Source: Bilabrum cf. latius
Lineage: Eukaryota
Assembly: GCA_965178125.1 (NCBI GenBank)
Contig: OZ237735.1
Location: 2,170,001-2,234,000, forward strand
DNA length: 64,000 nucleotides
Direction of reading: 5' to 3'
Shown one piece after another: positions 63,103 through 64,000 of this stretch (positions are counted from its first letter, which is position 1; each line of letters opens with the position of its first letter). The notes beneath the pieces were generated by a model. That model worked only from the letters and a program-made list of their open reading frames with translations, was not told the DNA's origin and made no database searches. The position numbers and the translations under genes were made by a program.

Positions 63103-64000
63103 ATGGTGTTGTCTATCAGGCAAGATGTGCAGGATGAGCTAGATGTGATTCAAGCGACCTTCCCACAAGGTGACTGCGAAGTTCTACAGGAACTGAGGGA
63201 AAATGCCTCAACACATCATGATGGATTGCCAACGTGGCCGCATCTAACATTAAAATGCATTCTGCAGCCACGAGATGCCATGACAACCAGCGGTCTGCTG
63301 TCTCGACGAGTGACAGCAACCATGTATCTCGGATTTGGATATGCAAAGTATCCCGACGCAGAGCAGCTGCCCGTATTCGTATCCTCAGAAGGAATTGGTT
63401 TGGAGCCACGCCAGCAACAAGTGGTAGCTGAGGCTGCGAGGCGAGCAGCACAAGCCGGCCTAGGCAGCACGTGTGGATGGGCAGTGGTCGCAGCTGCGAG
63501 TGAGGAGCTGGAACGGCTCGTAAAGAATCCACAGTGCGCATCTGCGTCACGAGATAGGGTAGAACGTGCAACCCTCGTGCTGCCTTGCATGCATGTTAGC
63601 CACGCCCGCTGCTGGCACGCATGGACCGCCGCACACACGGATCTTTGGCGCACAGGAAAGGCTGGACGAAGTGCAATGGAGCGTATCAAGTAGAGAATTG
63701 TGGCGGAGCTCGGCTCGGTGGCAGAGTAGCAGCATTCAGTCGACCAGGCTCGCAAGAACGCGCAGGCCAAAGCTGCTGCCACTTAGCGCGCCAAAGGTAT
63801 CGTATCAGGTTTTAAAGGTTCGATTGGGAAGCTCCAGAAAGACATGGAAGATATGAAGGGCAAGCACCGCGACCAGGCAGGGCAAGAGCTGGCAAGCCTT
63901 CAGAGCCGCTTGAGGAAAGCAGAACACACTCTCAGCAGCGCGACCAAGTCGCAATCAGGTGCAGAAAGAGAGCTTGCACGGCTTTCAGAGAGGCTCAGTG
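63103..64000 (+). CDS. RWD domain + RING-H2-like E3 ligase (RNF25/AO7-like), 3' partial
   Basis: ATG 63103. RWD pattern QDELDVIQATFP...KYPDAEQLP...GLGSTCGWAVVAAASEEL, then C...LPCMHVSHARC and a long coiled coil continuing through TAGs (first at 63691) to the window end. Confidence 0.7.

Noticed and set aside
1-64000. TAG as pyrrolysine, or occasional programmed readthrough
   Set aside because: It is far too frequent, includes tandem TAG TAG, aligns to Gln, and the context is eukaryotic with no pyl genes.
1-64000. Ciliate-type code 6 (TAA and TAG both Gln), or TGA reassignment
   Set aside because: No in-frame TAA/TGA in exons; both occur only at gene ends, in introns or in spacers.
1-64000. 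Recoded phage or prokaryotic origin (table 15 also occurs in crAss-like phages)
   Set aside because: Spliceosomal introns and eukaryote-specific genes (dynein, Piezo, BCP1, ERG28) are present.
1-64000. Transposons, CRISPR arrays, rRNA, telomeric or tandem DNA repeats
   Set aside because: None seen; only short codon-level microsatellite runs inside low-complexity coding regions.

Overview
A very gene-dense (~95% coding), GC-rich stretch of a eukaryotic nuclear genome from a flagellated protist; a stramenopile-like identity is only a weak inference. The key result is a non-standard genetic code. TAG is read as a sense codon, almost certainly glutamine, while TAA and TGA remain stops (equivalent to NCBI table 15). 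The fragmented ORF track is an artefact of the standard code. Read with TAG=Gln, the window resolves into 11 genes: (1) a secreted Cys-rich/Calx-beta-like repeat surface protein (partial); (2) a 1959-aa helical-repeat-like unknown; (3) an intronless ~7082-aa gamma-type axonemal dynein heavy chain; (4) a thioredoxin-like/CDC48-N-domain fusion; (5) BCP1/BCCIP; (6) a 982-aa unknown; (7) ERG28; (8) an Asteroid/XPG-family nuclease; (9) a TPR + two cNMP-binding-domain protein; (10) a ~4661-aa Piezo channel with an inserted fibronectin type III domain; (11) an RWD-RING (RNF25-like) ligase (partial). Six short GT-AG introns (85-121 nt) are inferred. The nine complete gene ends use TGA (7) or TAA (2), never TAG. 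No RNA gene, mobile element or CRISPR array was found. Homology calls rest on remembered family motifs, not database searches.
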